NCBI GenBank assembly: GCA_963727775.1
Contig: CAVSHB010000002.1
Span: forward strand, 96,001 to 160,000
Direction: 5' to 3'
DNA length: 64,000 nucleotides
DNA from: an uncultured Nitrospiraceae bacterium
GTDB taxonomy: Bacteria; Nitrospirota; Thermodesulfovibrionia; Thermodesulfovibrionales; SM23-35
The position numbers and the translations under genes were made by a program. The notes under the pieces are model-generated. The model was not told the DNA's origin. It ran no database searches and saw only the letters and a list, made by a program, of their open reading frames with translations. Of this stretch, positions 10,093-19,418 are shown in pieces (positions within the stretch are counted from its first letter, which is position 1; each line of letters begins with the position of its first letter).

Positions 10093-10767
10093 ATGTGCGG
10101 TCGTTTTGTAAGATGCTGCTCCGTCGAGGAGATAGCTGACTATTTCGACATAGAGCAACCTTCGTTTGAGTTTGAGCCAAGCTACAATGTGGCGCCTACA
10201 CAGGACATTGTTATCATCAATAACCGGGGGGTCAAGCAGTTGGTGAAATGTCACTGGGGCTTTGTTCCTCCCTGGTCCAGGGACCTTTCCGAAGGCTGTA
10301 ATATGATTAACGCCCGGTCGGAGACTGTGGCTGATAAGCCGAGCTTCAAGGCTGCGTTCAGGAAGCAGAGGTGTCTTGTGATTGCAAACGGTTTTTATGA
10401 ATGGCAGAAGGATAAAAAGACAAAGGCGCCGCTCTATGTAAGCCTTAAATCCGGCAAGCCTGTTGGTTTCGCCGGGTTGTATAATGTTTGGATTTCTCCG
10501 GATGGAGAGAAGATATGCACCTGTACGATACTGACAACGGAAGCCAACGATATTTTATCCACTATCCATGACAGGATGCCGGTAATAATATCCCGGGACA
10601 AGGAAGACATTTGGCTGAATCCCGAAGTAGATGATGTTGAGCTTCTGAAAAGTTTTCTCAGGCCATATCCATCAGAGGAGATGGTGGTTAACCGGGTCTC
10701 TGATAAGGTAAACTCTCCGAGGTATAACTCTCCTGATAATATAAAGCCTATAGGATCAGGGGGATGA
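10093..10767 (+). CDS. SOS response-associated peptidase (SRAP, YedK/HMCES family)
   Basis: N-terminal MCGRF, YNVAPTQ, INARSET, FYEW, IHDRMPVI. Confidence 0.92.
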   Translation: MCGRFVRCCSVEEIADYFDIEQPSFEFEPSYNVAPTQDIVIINNRGVKQLVKCHWGFVPPWSRDLSEGCNMINARSETVADKPSFKAAFRKQRCLVIANGFYEWQKDKKTKAPLYVSLKSGKPVGFAGLYNVWISPDGEKICTCTILTTEANDILSTIHDRMPVIISRDKEDIWLNPEVDDVELLKSFLRPYPSEEMVVNRVSDKVNSPRYNSPDNIKPIGSGG

Positions 10768-10885
10768 GAGATATCTGCATCTTTCTCTCATGTCTGCAAA
10801 GCGAGATTAAACCCAATGGATCAATTCATCCTGGTGGTTAAAGCTATAGAATATATTTGCTTCTATCAACATAAGTTTTTAGCGG

Positions 10886-12055
10886 TTACTGTCTCTCAGG
10901 GATTGTAAAGTAAAACGTCGATCCCTTGGCGGTCTCCGACTCCAACCAAATTCGTCCACCATGTCGTTCTACAATTTTCTTGCAGATTGATAAACCAATG
11001 CCCGTTCCCGGATAGTCAGTACTGCCATGGAGACGCTGAAACATTACAAATAATTTTTCAAAGTTTTTCGGATCTATTCCAATACCATTATCGCGAATTG
11101 AGAAGAGCCACTCATTTCCTTTTTGTTCAGCAGAGATTCGAACTCTTGGCGCCTTGTTGCTGCGAAATTTGATGGCATTATCAATTAAGTTCTGAAACAG
11201 ACTAATCATTTGCTGGGGATCGGACATGATTGTCGGCAGTTTGTTATATGTCACTATAGCGTTGCTCTCATCAATTGCTGTATCCAAGTTACTTATTGCC
11301 TCTTCCACAATAAACGAACAATCGGTCGGCTTGATATTTTTTGCTTTAGTTTCAATCTGGGAATATTCCAGCAAGTCTTTAATAAGCATCTGCAGTCTCT
11401 GAACAGCTTCAACTATATATGAAATAAATTCGTCAGCTTTTGCGTCGAGTTTGCCTTTGTAACGTCTTGCCAGCAGCTTTGCGAAGCTCTCAATTGATTG
11501 TAGCGGCTTCTTCAGATCATGTGAAGCTATATAAGCAAAATCTTTTAGTTCAGCATTGGATAGTGCCAATTCTTCTGATAATCGTTTTAATTCCTCTTCA
11601 GTCTTTTTAATTTCAGTGATATCTATAATCATGGCTTGCTTGGACAATGTTCCATCTGTATGATATATCGGTGTATTCACTATATAATACCAATGGTTGT
11701 CTTTAGGACTCTGTATTTCCCACCGCACAGTTTCACCTTTGAATACACGCTCGTTGACACACCATGGACAGACAGAATCGAGAGCATGTAGTGCCTTATA
11801 ACATAATTCTCCAGTTGCGTCATAGCCTGTACGCTCAATACATTGTCTGTTCATAAACTTGATGAGGTAATCCTGTGAACAGATATATATGAGTCCATCG
11901 AAAGCTTCTACAATAGCACGGTATCGCTCTTCGCTCTCCTTTAATGCTTTCTCAATCAGCTCGTGCTCTGCTTCTTTTTGTTCCAGTTTTGCAATATGTA
12001 GGAGCACTTCGGATTCATTTGTTTCTTGTCCTGTTATTTCTTCTTTATTCTTCAT
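10886..12055 (-). CDS. Cytoplasmic PAS-domain sensor histidine kinase
   Basis: PAS region with CYKALH..CPWC, H-box ASHDLKKPL, N-box QNLIDNAIKF, DNGIG, GTGIGL. Confidence 0.9.
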   Translation of the reverse strand: MKNKEEITGQETNESEVLLHIAKLEQKEAEHELIEKALKESEERYRAIVEAFDGLIYICSQDYLIKFMNRQCIERTGYDATGELCYKALHALDSVCPWCVNERVFKGETVRWEIQSPKDNHWYYIVNTPIYHTDGTLSKQAMIIDITEIKKTEEELKRLSEELALSNAELKDFAYIASHDLKKPLQSIESFAKLLARRYKGKLDAKADEFISYIVEAVQRLQMLIKDLLEYSQIETKAKNIKPTDCSFIVEEAISNLDTAIDESNAIVTYNKLPTIMSDPQQMISLFQNLIDNAIKFRSNKAPRVRISAEQKGNEWLFSIRDNGIGIDPKNFEKLFVMFQRLHGSTDYPGTGIGLSICKKIVERHGGRIWLESETAKGSTFYFTIPERQ

Positions 12056-12576
12056 ATTTGATTCCTACTTAATTTTCATCTCTGTAAAGAATGCCATTTA
12101 ATCCTGTAAATATTAAAAATGACAGGCATTCTTTGGTAGGGAGAACCAACCTGTGTAATGGGGGATTTTATATGGAAGTAGATAGTGTTACTTCATTTGC
12201 AATATTATAATTTTATTGAGGTTGTCTCTTTCATCAAGAGAGAATTCCAATACCTCCCTGTAGCGTCTCCAAATAACTTTTATCAAAATTTACTTAACTT
12301 GTCAAGTTCAGTTCAATCAACTCAGTTCAGTCAGCAGAATAGTAAAAATCCGCAGGTTGTCTAATAAGACTTGTACTGTTTGCACAGGCTTGAGTCGTTG
12401 ATTGTATATCAAAACCGGGACACATCCCATATTTCAATGAAAGGATATAAAGAAATTGTGACAGGAGGGGCGAGGCTCAAAGAGGCTTTAAAGTTAGGGA
12501 AGGTTTTTATATCTCCTTCTTCCCTTATTTTTTTGCTTCATGTATACTGACAATAAATAATATAGGAGGGGACTGT

Positions 12577-12852
12577 ATGACAAAAGTAGAATTGATCGAA
12601 AGAATCTCAAAGGAAGTTTCACTCTCAAAGGCTGACGCAGGCAGGGCACTCAATACGATAATCGATAATATTACGAACGCTCTGAAAAAGGGACAGAAAC
12701 TCACACTGGTTGGCTTCGGAACTTTCTCCGTCAGCAAAAGAAAAGCACGGACAGGGCGTAATCCTCAGACAGGGGCAGCTATAAAGATTGCAGCAAGGAA
12801 AGTGCCGAAGTTCTCAGCCGGCAAGGCTTTTAAGGATGCGGTGAAAAAATAG
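12577..12852 (+). CDS. hup: HU family DNA-binding protein
   Basis: [29 protein letters not shown]. Confidence 0.93.
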   Translation: MTKVELIERISKEVSLSKADAGRALNTIIDNITNALKKGQKLTLVGFGTFSVSKRKARTGRNPQTGAAIKIAARKVPKFSAGKAFKDAVKK

Positions 12853-12970
12853 GCATTCTATCTATCTCTGACCTTAATACTTTTCAATAAACTATGAAGT
12901 GGGATTTTACGCCTGAAGGTGTCAGAAATAGGAAGGCTGATTATACCGGTAACAAATTGTTACCGCCGAA

Positions 12971-13180
12971 TTAGTTCCGTTTTAAGGGGATGACCTTCTT
13001 TCTACTTTTTCTACTTTTGGAAGCATCTTTTATATTGTCATAAACCGTGCAGCCATTTTTCTTCTCACAGGCATAACAATCCCCTTCGCAGCCGTCATCA
13101 ACGTAACTGAACCCCAACTCGGAAAATATCTTACTGAACTGTTCAGGGTCATGCACATATTCATTAAATTTCTCAACCAT
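12971..13180 (-). CDS. Hypothetical Cys-cluster protein, possibly frameshifted at its 5' end
   Basis: CEGDCYACEKKNGC cluster; an upstream TTG frame at 13268 with a GGAG RBS would join this ORF if one base were removed near 13198. Confidence 0.4.
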   Translation of the reverse strand: MVEKFNEYVHDPEQFSKIFSELGFSYVDDGCEGDCYACEKKNGCTVYDNIKDASKSRKSRKKVIPLKRN

Positions 13181-13308
13181 TTCTTCAAAACTTAGCTTTA
13201 TTTTCTGGAGGTTTTATCGGAATGATTTTTCTTTTCCCTTTGAAGGGATCAGGCTTTTTAGGTTTCAAGACACCATCTCCATAAAAAAGCATGATAAGGT
13301 TTTCTTCA

Positions 13309-13908
13309 TCATTTATTCAAATCCTTTCTCTTATCTCTAATGTATTTTAATATTAGGTAAGCGGCAAAGAAACTGATAAATAGAAAAACAGCCACATATT
13401 CGATCTTCCTTTTATCTATGCCTATGTCTTTCAGACTGTCCCCACCTACATATCCTATCGAAACCATTACGGCAATCGTAAAGATAACGGTGAAAGCATC
13501 TGTCAATAGAAATTTCAATGGGTGCATTCTCATAATTCCAGATACGAGAAAGATTTGTGCCCTTAGACCAAGAATATGCCTCCCAAACAATATTAAGAAG
13601 ATTCCTTTCTTCTTGTATTTTTCTTCAAGCATTACAAGCCTTTCTGGGGATAATAACTTTTGAAACCACTTGTGGCAAACAACCATGCGACCATATTTTC
13701 TACCAAAAAGATAAAGGATGAAATCTGCTATCAAAACCGCTGTGTATACAGTGAGCAGGGCAGGCATCGGTTTTACTAAATCTTCGTGAATCAATAATCC
13801 ACATAGAATGAACGTGGCATCTTCAGGGAAGAAGGGTACTCCTATGCCCCCGAGGATAAGCAGTGCAAATAGCCCAATGTATGGGTGATTCTCTATTATC
13901 CCTGTCAT
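13309..13908 (-). CDS. DedA family membrane protein
   Basis: GIGVPFFPED, ADFILYLFGR, FGRHILGLR. Confidence 0.88.
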   Translation of the reverse strand: MTGIIENHPYIGLFALLILGGIGVPFFPEDATFILCGLLIHEDLVKPMPALLTVYTAVLIADFILYLFGRKYGRMVVCHKWFQKLLSPERLVMLEEKYKKKGIFLILFGRHILGLRAQIFLVSGIMRMHPLKFLLTDAFTVIFTIAVMVSIGYVGGDSLKDIGIDKRKIEYVAVFLFISFFAAYLILKYIRDKRKDLNK

Positions 13909-13923
13909 GCTATTCCGCCTTCT

Positions 13924-14019
13924 TTACGGTATTTTTGCCAACTCTTTCAATTTCACGGCATTTTTCATGGCAGAACCACCATGACAGTTATTAAACATTA
14001 CATATGCGACCTTTGCCCT
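13924..14019 (-). pseudogene. C-terminal remnant of a DUF72-family gene
   Basis: Manual translation RAKVAYVMFNNCHGGSAMKNAVKLKELAKIP*, matching the DUF72 Y-x-x-FNN...A-x-x-NA end; no N-terminus present. Confidence 0.55.
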
Positions 14020-14128
14020 CTAAGGTTTATTTAATCTTGCAGTCTATTTGCAACCAGTTATCCCAGAAAGTATAATCTATCGTGGCTTCCATCCCATCAA
14101 ATTCATGTGCGCTGCTTGTTTATCAGTT

Positions 14129-14713
14129 CTAAAATTTATATTTAATGCCGAATTCAATTTCATTAAAAGTTGCACCGTCAAAATTATCCTCCGTTACTCT
14201 TAACAGAGACTGCATAGGAATCAACTCAGCATTTTCAGCCTTATCTCTGTAAAAATATAAAGTAATCACAAATAACCCTGCAACTGAATTGAGTACATTT
14301 ATCAGATTGGCTTGATAGAAGTCTGTATCTCTATGGTGTTTAACTTCATCACAAGCGGTCCACCAAACAGGCACTCCGTTGCTCTCATTCCACTTTTCCC
14401 ATGGCGTTAGATTTAAGCCAAATCTTGGTATGGTCACTTTGAAATTAGGAAACTTTGGATATGTAGATTTTATTTCATTTCGATATTGATTTATCCTGTC
14501 AGCACTTGAATTGATATCTATTTTTCGACAAAGTTGTTTTGCAATCACATCGACCTCAGATGAAGCCGCAAGTAAAATCCTTGCCATTTCAAGTGAGTAA
14601 CATTCAAAGTTTGAATCACAAAATTCGACATATCTCGATAAAGTCTCTAAATCCTTTTCGAGAGATAGAAAAAAATTCCAGTGAATTAATGAATCAAATG
14701 TCCGAATTACCAT
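14129..14713 (-). CDS. Hypothetical protein, AT-rich, possibly HEPN-like
   Basis: HWNFFLSLEKD, SEVDV, WWTACDEVKHHR; likely ATG at 14713 (ORF track extends to 14794). Confidence 0.6.
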   Translation of the reverse strand: MVIRTFDSLIHWNFFLSLEKDLETLSRYVEFCDSNFECYSLEMARILLAASSEVDVIAKQLCRKIDINSSADRINQYRNEIKSTYPKFPNFKVTIPRFGLNLTPWEKWNESNGVPVWWTACDEVKHHRDTDFYQANLINVLNSVAGLFVITLYFYRDKAENAELIPMQSLLRVTEDNFDGATFNEIEFGIKYKF

Positions 14714-14996
14714 AATTTTTTTACTGCTAACAAAGTAACTATAGAGTTTCTGATTATCTTCACAAATTCTATCATACCCAATCGGGTTTTTCACAGATTT
14801 CGTATTTTCTAACTGGATATCATGCGTCCCTAAAATTTAAGCCGTCGTTTGAAATGTCGATTTCCGGCAGAAGTTATGCAATTTGGAAGACTCTTGCTTG
14901 AAAAAAAACCGAAAGGATTCTCAAACCATATTGGGAGCTGAATCTGCGAGAGAGATGCTGTTATCTCAAAATATCGTAAGACTTAAGGACAGCTAT

Positions 14997-15365
14997 TTAC
15001 GTGTATTGTATGGCAACTTCATAAACAATATCCGAGTGGCTGGTGGAGGAATCTGTTCCTGTACAACTAAGTTCTCCTTTTACCTCTGCTTTGTGGTTTC
15101 TGACCATCGCGGTTATAACCTGGGTCAGATCAAACCCACCATCAACACAGTTTTGTCTTAAGCAGTTAACTATAAAGAAAGCATCGCTGTTAGGAGTGAA
15201 ATGAAAGGTCCGGAGTATCGATCTTGACCCGGTCTGGCTATATGTCATATTCATGACAATGTTTGCAACTTCAGGGAAGTTTGTAGCTACGGAGCCTGCT
15301 TCGAGTCTCTGCTGTATAATCTCCTGCTTCTTCTCCATCATTGCTGCACGCTTATTGTTAATCAT
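14997..15365 (-). CDS. Hypothetical protein downstream of cold-shock gene
   Basis: GAGG RBS, C-x4-C-x2-GGFDL motif, 122 aa. Confidence 0.6.
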   Translation of the reverse strand: MINNKRAAMMEKKQEIIQQRLEAGSVATNFPEVANIVMNMTYSQTGSRSILRTFHFTPNSDAFFIVNCLRQNCVDGGFDLTQVITAMVRNHKAEVKGELSCTGTDSSTSHSDIVYEVAIQYT

Positions 15366-15390
15366 GTTCCTCTCATTCTTCTCAAAGGAG

Positions 15391-15417
15391 AAGGCTCCCT
15401 CAAGCAGAGGGAGCTTT
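15391..15417 (-). terminator. Hairpin after cold-shock gene
   Basis: aaggctccctc-aagca-gagggagcttt inverted repeat ~15 nt past the stop codon. Confidence 0.55.
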
Positions 15418-15431
15418 AACCAATCGATTAA

Positions 15432-15632
15432 TTATAGTTTGACTACATTGATCGCTTTGGGACCTTTCGGGCCTTGTTCAGTATCAAAGCTGACATTGTC
15501 ACCTTCGGCAAGGCTTTTAAAGCCACTGCCCTGGATGGACGTATGGTGTACAAAAACATCTCTGTTGTCTTCAGCGGTAATGAAGCCAAAACCTTTGCTG
15601 TCATTGAACCACTTCACTGTTCCTGTTGTCAT
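15432..15632 (-). CDS. cspA: Cold-shock protein
   Basis: [15 protein letters not shown] (RNP1), DVFVHH (RNP2); AAGGAGGT RBS. Confidence 0.95.
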   Translation of the reverse strand: MTTGTVKWFNDSKGFGFITAEDNRDVFVHHTSIQGSGFKSLAEGDNVSFDTEQGPKGPKAINVVKL

Positions 15633-15796
15633 TTTGTTTACCTCCTTATAAAAACTAAAATCTCAGAAGAACTCAATAAAAAAGGCCACAAAGCTAAAAG
15701 TCTTTGGGGCCTATTTTGTAAACGCAAAAACCTCTAAAATTCTATTCATAGTATATTACTTCTTTAAGCAGTTAGTCAAGGTAATTCTGGGCAGGG

Positions 15797-15852
15797 GGAG
15801 TCTCAGTGATTACGGGGAAGATGTTAATTGGGGAGGTTGGGTTGCTTGAGGG
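15797..15852. repeat. Dispersed ~55-bp repeat A, copy 1 (copy 2 at ~28148-28205)
   Basis: Both copies share agtctc.gt.at...ggggaa.atgttaattggggaggttggg. Confidence 0.75.
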
Positions 15853-15942
15853 AATCAAGAAACGATAGGGTTAGCTCCCTGCAACATCTTCTTCAAAACC
15901 TCAATGGGACGCTGGTACCTTATTGCTACCTTGATAGTCCTG

Positions 15943-16341
15943 TTAATCTGCCGATGATTTTCTTTTTCTCTTTGAAACCCGTCCTTGAGGTTCTACTCCA
16001 AATCTGAGATCATTTATCCTAACCGCCTCAACAATATCAGAAGCTACTGTTTCAAAAGCCTCTGTTGCTTCAGGCAAGTAAAGCCATTTTTTCAGGACAG
16101 AGTGTTGAACTACATCGGGAAAGTCTTCCATGATATCTTGATGGAACTGATAGTCAGTCGGGATCATTAAACCATACCAGGGTTCTTCTCCTGATGCAAG
16201 AACAAGCATAAGCCTCCCATGAAGATAAACCGCAAGACATCCAAACATGGGTTTTTCCAAATAACTCGATTCTTCCATTAAGGGTTCAACAACCCAAAGG
16301 AGGGGATGTTGTTTCTTTTTCTTTTTTCTCGAGGAAGGCAT
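15943..16341 (-). CDS. Hypothetical protein with TfoX-N-like motif
   Basis: KPMFGCLAVYLHGRLMLVL resembles the TfoX N-terminal MFG-x-x-x-Y motif. Confidence 0.55.
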   Translation of the reverse strand: MPSSRKKKKKQHPLLWVVEPLMEESSYLEKPMFGCLAVYLHGRLMLVLASGEEPWYGLMIPTDYQFHQDIMEDFPDVVQHSVLKKWLYLPEATEAFETVASDIVEAVRINDLRFGVEPQGRVSKRKRKSSAD

Positions 16342-16432
16342 ATTTGAAATTAACTAATCTTGACAGGAAGATGCAAGGTCATATGGATTGCTCAAACATT
16401 AGGTCAAGTCTTTCTTTCACGCAGAAATTCTT

Positions 16433-16606
16433 AGGAGGGTCGGCAGCCAGTCTTTTTGGGGGGGACTGGCTGCCGATAAAGGGATCTTCTTTTTTTGAAT
16501 AGCATAATGAATGCCAAGAAAGAAGTTGTTGTTTTTCTTAATTTTTTGGTGTTCAACTATAAAATGATGCAGGGCAAATTGTCTTAAGGTGAGTCATTTT
16601 GCCTAT
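16433..16606 (-). ncRNA. Putative sigma-54-dependent small RNA or leader module, copy 1
   Basis: Minus-strand TGGCATTCATTATGCT (GG-N10-GC) at 16501-16516; perfect 13-bp stem 16440-16476 with C-rich loop; repeated at 28950-29119. Confidence 0.55.
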
Positions 16607-16705
16607 ATTAATCTTGTGATGTTAAATTAGTACTAATATATACCAGAAAAGGGCATTGAGGAAGACAGGAGAAATAACCTCTAACATCAATACAAGGGAG
16701 ATATA

Positions 16706-17368
16706 ATGATGAAAGTTATTGCATTTAATGGAAGTCCAAGGAAAAAATGGAACACGGCAACATTGCTTGAAAAGGCACTTGAAGGAGCTGCCTCACTGGG
16801 AGCAGAAACAGAACTCATTCATCTGTATGATCTAAACTATAAAGGATGCATAAGCTGTTTTGCCTGTAAGACCAAAGGCGGCAATAGTTATGGCAAGTGT
16901 GTGGTCGATGATGACCTGACACCAGTATTTAGGAAAATTGAAAAAGCCGATGCCATCATCTTGGGTTCCCCGATCTATTTTGGAAATGTTTCTGGAGAGA
17001 TGAGATCATTTATGGAGCGTTTACTGTTTCCGAATCTGACATATACCGACCCTCCGCAGTCGCTTTTTCCCAGAAAGATTAAGGCGGGGTTCATTTATAC
17101 GATGAATACCCCAGAGGAGCAGATGCAAGAACGTGGCTACGTTCAACTCTTCAAACTTCATGAAATGTTACTACGTATGATATTCGGGGCTTCAGAGCAT
17201 ATGTGCAGCTTTGATACTTATCAGTTTGATGATTATTCAAAGATGGTTTCAGACCGCTTTGATCCCAAGAAGAAAGCACAGAGCCGCAAGGAAATATTTC
17301 CAAAGGATTGCGAAAAAGCCTTTGGAATGGGGGCCAGATTTGCCAAATTAGGTTCTGAGGACTTTTGA
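16706..17368 (+). CDS. Flavodoxin-like iron-sulfur flavoprotein (NADPH-dependent FMN reductase family)
   Basis: NGSPRKKWNT, CISCFAC...C, GSPIYFG. Confidence 0.85.
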   Translation: MMKVIAFNGSPRKKWNTATLLEKALEGAASLGAETELIHLYDLNYKGCISCFACKTKGGNSYGKCVVDDDLTPVFRKIEKADAIILGSPIYFGNVSGEMRSFMERLLFPNLTYTDPPQSLFPRKIKAGFIYTMNTPEEQMQERGYVQLFKLHEMLLRMIFGASEHMCSFDTYQFDDYSKMVSDRFDPKKKAQSRKEIFPKDCEKAFGMGARFAKLGSEDF

Positions 17369-17498
17369 GGCAGTTTAGGATAGGGCTTTGATCAGATATT
17401 CTATAGGTAAGTACTTTTCGTGAAGTTTGATATTAAAGGACATCTTTTGTCAAGATTCTTCAGGGTGTTATATAGTTCTCATAATTATTTTGACACTT

Positions 17499-17972
17499 CT
17501 ATATCTTCATATCCTTATCGCCTTTCTCTAAATTATGCAGGATTTTCAGAATAAGCTCATTCTGTTGTTCCAGATGCAAAAGAATTGCCTCAATTTCTCT
17601 TTCGGCTTTAACGTTTATTTCAAAATCGGATTCTGCTCTTATTTCAGCATGTCGCCCCTGAAGGTTTTGTCCTATCATAATTAAAGGCATTAAGAAAATC
17701 TGTATCATATTAGATATAAAAAGCCATAAGACAAAGGCAGGGAAAGGGTCAAACCGTAATTCTTTTGGGCCGAGAGTATTCCAACCAAGCCAGGCTATTG
17801 TCCATATGAAGATGATAATAAAAAACCCCATTGAACCAATATGATCAGTAATCCAGACTGCAAACTTATCCAATGGAGTGAGACTTTTCTTATGCTCGAC
17901 GTTGCTATTCTTTATCGGTTTACGCAGTTTTCTTAGTTCTTCATGAGATAATGGATGTGGTTTGTCGGTCAT
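17499..17972 (-). CDS. DUF1003 membrane protein
   Basis: IGSMGF, FDPFPAF, PLIMIGQN, DFEINVKAE. Confidence 0.85.
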   Translation of the reverse strand: MTDKPHPLSHEELRKLRKPIKNSNVEHKKSLTPLDKFAVWITDHIGSMGFFIIIFIWTIAWLGWNTLGPKELRFDPFPAFVLWLFISNMIQIFLMPLIMIGQNLQGRHAEIRAESDFEINVKAEREIEAILLHLEQQNELILKILHNLEKGDKDMKI

Positions 17973-18028
17973 TTCTACCCCCTATTGATATTTGAAGTTA
18001 ATATTGTAATCATTATAGCAGGTTCAAA

Positions 18029-18511
18029 TTACTTCACGGGTAGTTGTTCGATCCTCAAGCCTTTGAAGTATGTCTTGTAGAAACCACGATCTCTGGAGAG
18101 GAGAATTTCCGCATTGTGAAGTGCATGGGCGCCTATCATAAAATCACTAATGATGTGCTGCCTTATTTTAAGCGGGGATTTGCATGCCGGACAAGCAATG
18201 GATATGGATTTTCCACAGGAGGGGCATTGTATTTGAGCTTTCCTGTTTCGTCTATATTCCTTCCATGTTCTTCCCGCAAGACTCAAGACACGCTGATCAG
18301 ACGGTACGAGCCTTATCCCGGTGTCCGCAATGAAAGAACGTAATTCCTGTTCCTCTAAAAACTGCGAAGATAGTTCGGCATATACAAGTTCACAAATGAT
18401 CAGCTGACCCTTGGAAATATGCTGGTCGAGTAATTCTTTTGAAGATTTTAAGAAAGTCTCATCTGGAATAAGGATATCAAGCAGGATATTCGTATCTACC
18501 GCTGTTATCAT
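18029..18511 (-). CDS. vapC: PIN-domain VapC toxin with zinc-ribbon insertion
   Basis: AVDTNILLD, YAEL, SDFMIGAHA, LSRD; inserted CPSC-x8-CPAC. Confidence 0.85.
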   Translation of the reverse strand: MITAVDTNILLDILIPDETFLKSSKELLDQHISKGQLIICELVYAELSSQFLEEQELRSFIADTGIRLVPSDQRVLSLAGRTWKEYRRNRKAQIQCPSCGKSISIACPACKSPLKIRQHIISDFMIGAHALHNAEILLSRDRGFYKTYFKGLRIEQLPVK

Positions 18512-18741
18512 TTCCCCCTCAATTCGTCTATTACAGCATCGGATTTCTCCCCCTTGCGCTGTTTAAGTTTCCCGATCCATTTATCGAAGGGGGATTTTCC
18601 AACAGTTTTTTTGATAATAAAAATACCGTTTTTTTCTTCAAACCCTATGCCTTCGCCTGGTTGCACTCCGAGTTTATCCCGCACTTGTTTGGGGATGGTG
18701 ATTTGTCCCTTGGATGTTACCTTCGCTGTTAGCATGCACAC
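18508..18741 (-). CDS. vapB: AbrB/MazE-family antitoxin
   Basis: KVTSKGQITIPKQVRDKLG; 4-bp overlap with the PIN gene. Confidence 0.88.
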   Translation of the reverse strand: MCMLTAKVTSKGQITIPKQVRDKLGVQPGEGIGFEEKNGIFIIKKTVGKSPFDKWIGKLKQRKGEKSDAVIDELRGK

Positions 18742-18746
18742 CTCCT

Positions 18747-18779
18747 GTAAGGAATACTATCCTTACTTTCATAGTAAGG
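18747..18779 (-). promoter_or_regulatory. Overlapping palindromic operators upstream of vapBC
   Basis: gtaagga-N6-tccttac and ccttact-N5-agtaagg between a TTGACG hexamer and the RBS. Confidence 0.55.
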
Positions 18780-18914
18780 CGTCAAACGTGTTTTGTCAAT
18801 GACATAAAAGTGGTCCTGAGATCACAAAATCTGGAAATACGAGCTTGCACAAACACCAGTGCAACCCTGCTATTCCGGCTACAAAGTGCATCTTGATATA
18901 AAGACATTTATCCC

Positions 18915-18943
18915 TTGACTAACAGACAAATATCTAATATAGT
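18915..18943 (+). promoter_or_regulatory. Sigma-70 promoter of Xre-RES operon
   Basis: TTGACT-17 bp-TATAGT with near-palindrome agacaaatatct in the spacer. Confidence 0.55.
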
Positions 18944-18962
18944 ATTTAAAAGGAGAAGCTAA

Positions 18963-19418
18963 ATGACATTATCAGCAGCAAAAACCAAAACTACTGCGGT
19001 CCCAAAGGCGATCACAACGATCAAGGATCTGGGGACTCAAATTGCGGACAAAGATCGGATGCATGCCCTCATAAAACATGGGATGCCCATCCGTATAGCG
19101 GACAATCTTAAGTCGTTGCTGTCTCTTGGTGACAGCGATCTTGCTCAGATTCTTGGTATAACATCAAAGACCCTTCAGCGAAAGCGCAAGGCGCGTACAA
19201 CGTTAACACCGGTAGAAAGTGACCGTCTCTATCGAGTTCAATCAATTTTCGCACTGGCGGTTAAGGTTCTTGGTACCCTTGAGGATGCAAAGGAATGGCT
19301 TAGCACACCACAGATTGACATAGGAGACCGTGTGCCACTCGAACTTCTTACCACATCAGCAGGGTCGTCTCTCGTTGAGGAAGTACTGAACCGCATGGAA
19401 TACGGTATTCTTGCTTGA
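18963..19418 (+). CDS. Xre/MbcA/ParS-family antitoxin
   Basis: HTH (LAQILGITSKTLQRKR), ESDRLYR, AKEWL, PLELL, LNRMEYG. Confidence 0.88.
   Translation: MTLSAAKTKTTAVPKAITTIKDLGTQIADKDRMHALIKHGMPIRIADNLKSLLSLGDSDLAQILGITSKTLQRKRKARTTLTPVESDRLYRVQSIFALAVKVLGTLEDAKEWLSTPQIDIGDRVPLELLTTSAGSSLVEEVLNRMEYGILA

Noticed and set aside
12086..12134. 10-bp inverted repeat aaagaatgcc/ggcattcttt upstream of the PAS kinase
   Set aside because: Single instance with no recognisable riboswitch or operator consensus.
4000..16400. Integron cassette array (many short genes; AAC/GTT motifs near 14730 and 14810-14880)
   Set aside because: I could not fold complete attC sites, gene orientation is mixed, and the only integrase is not IntI-like. 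IntegronFinder would settle it.
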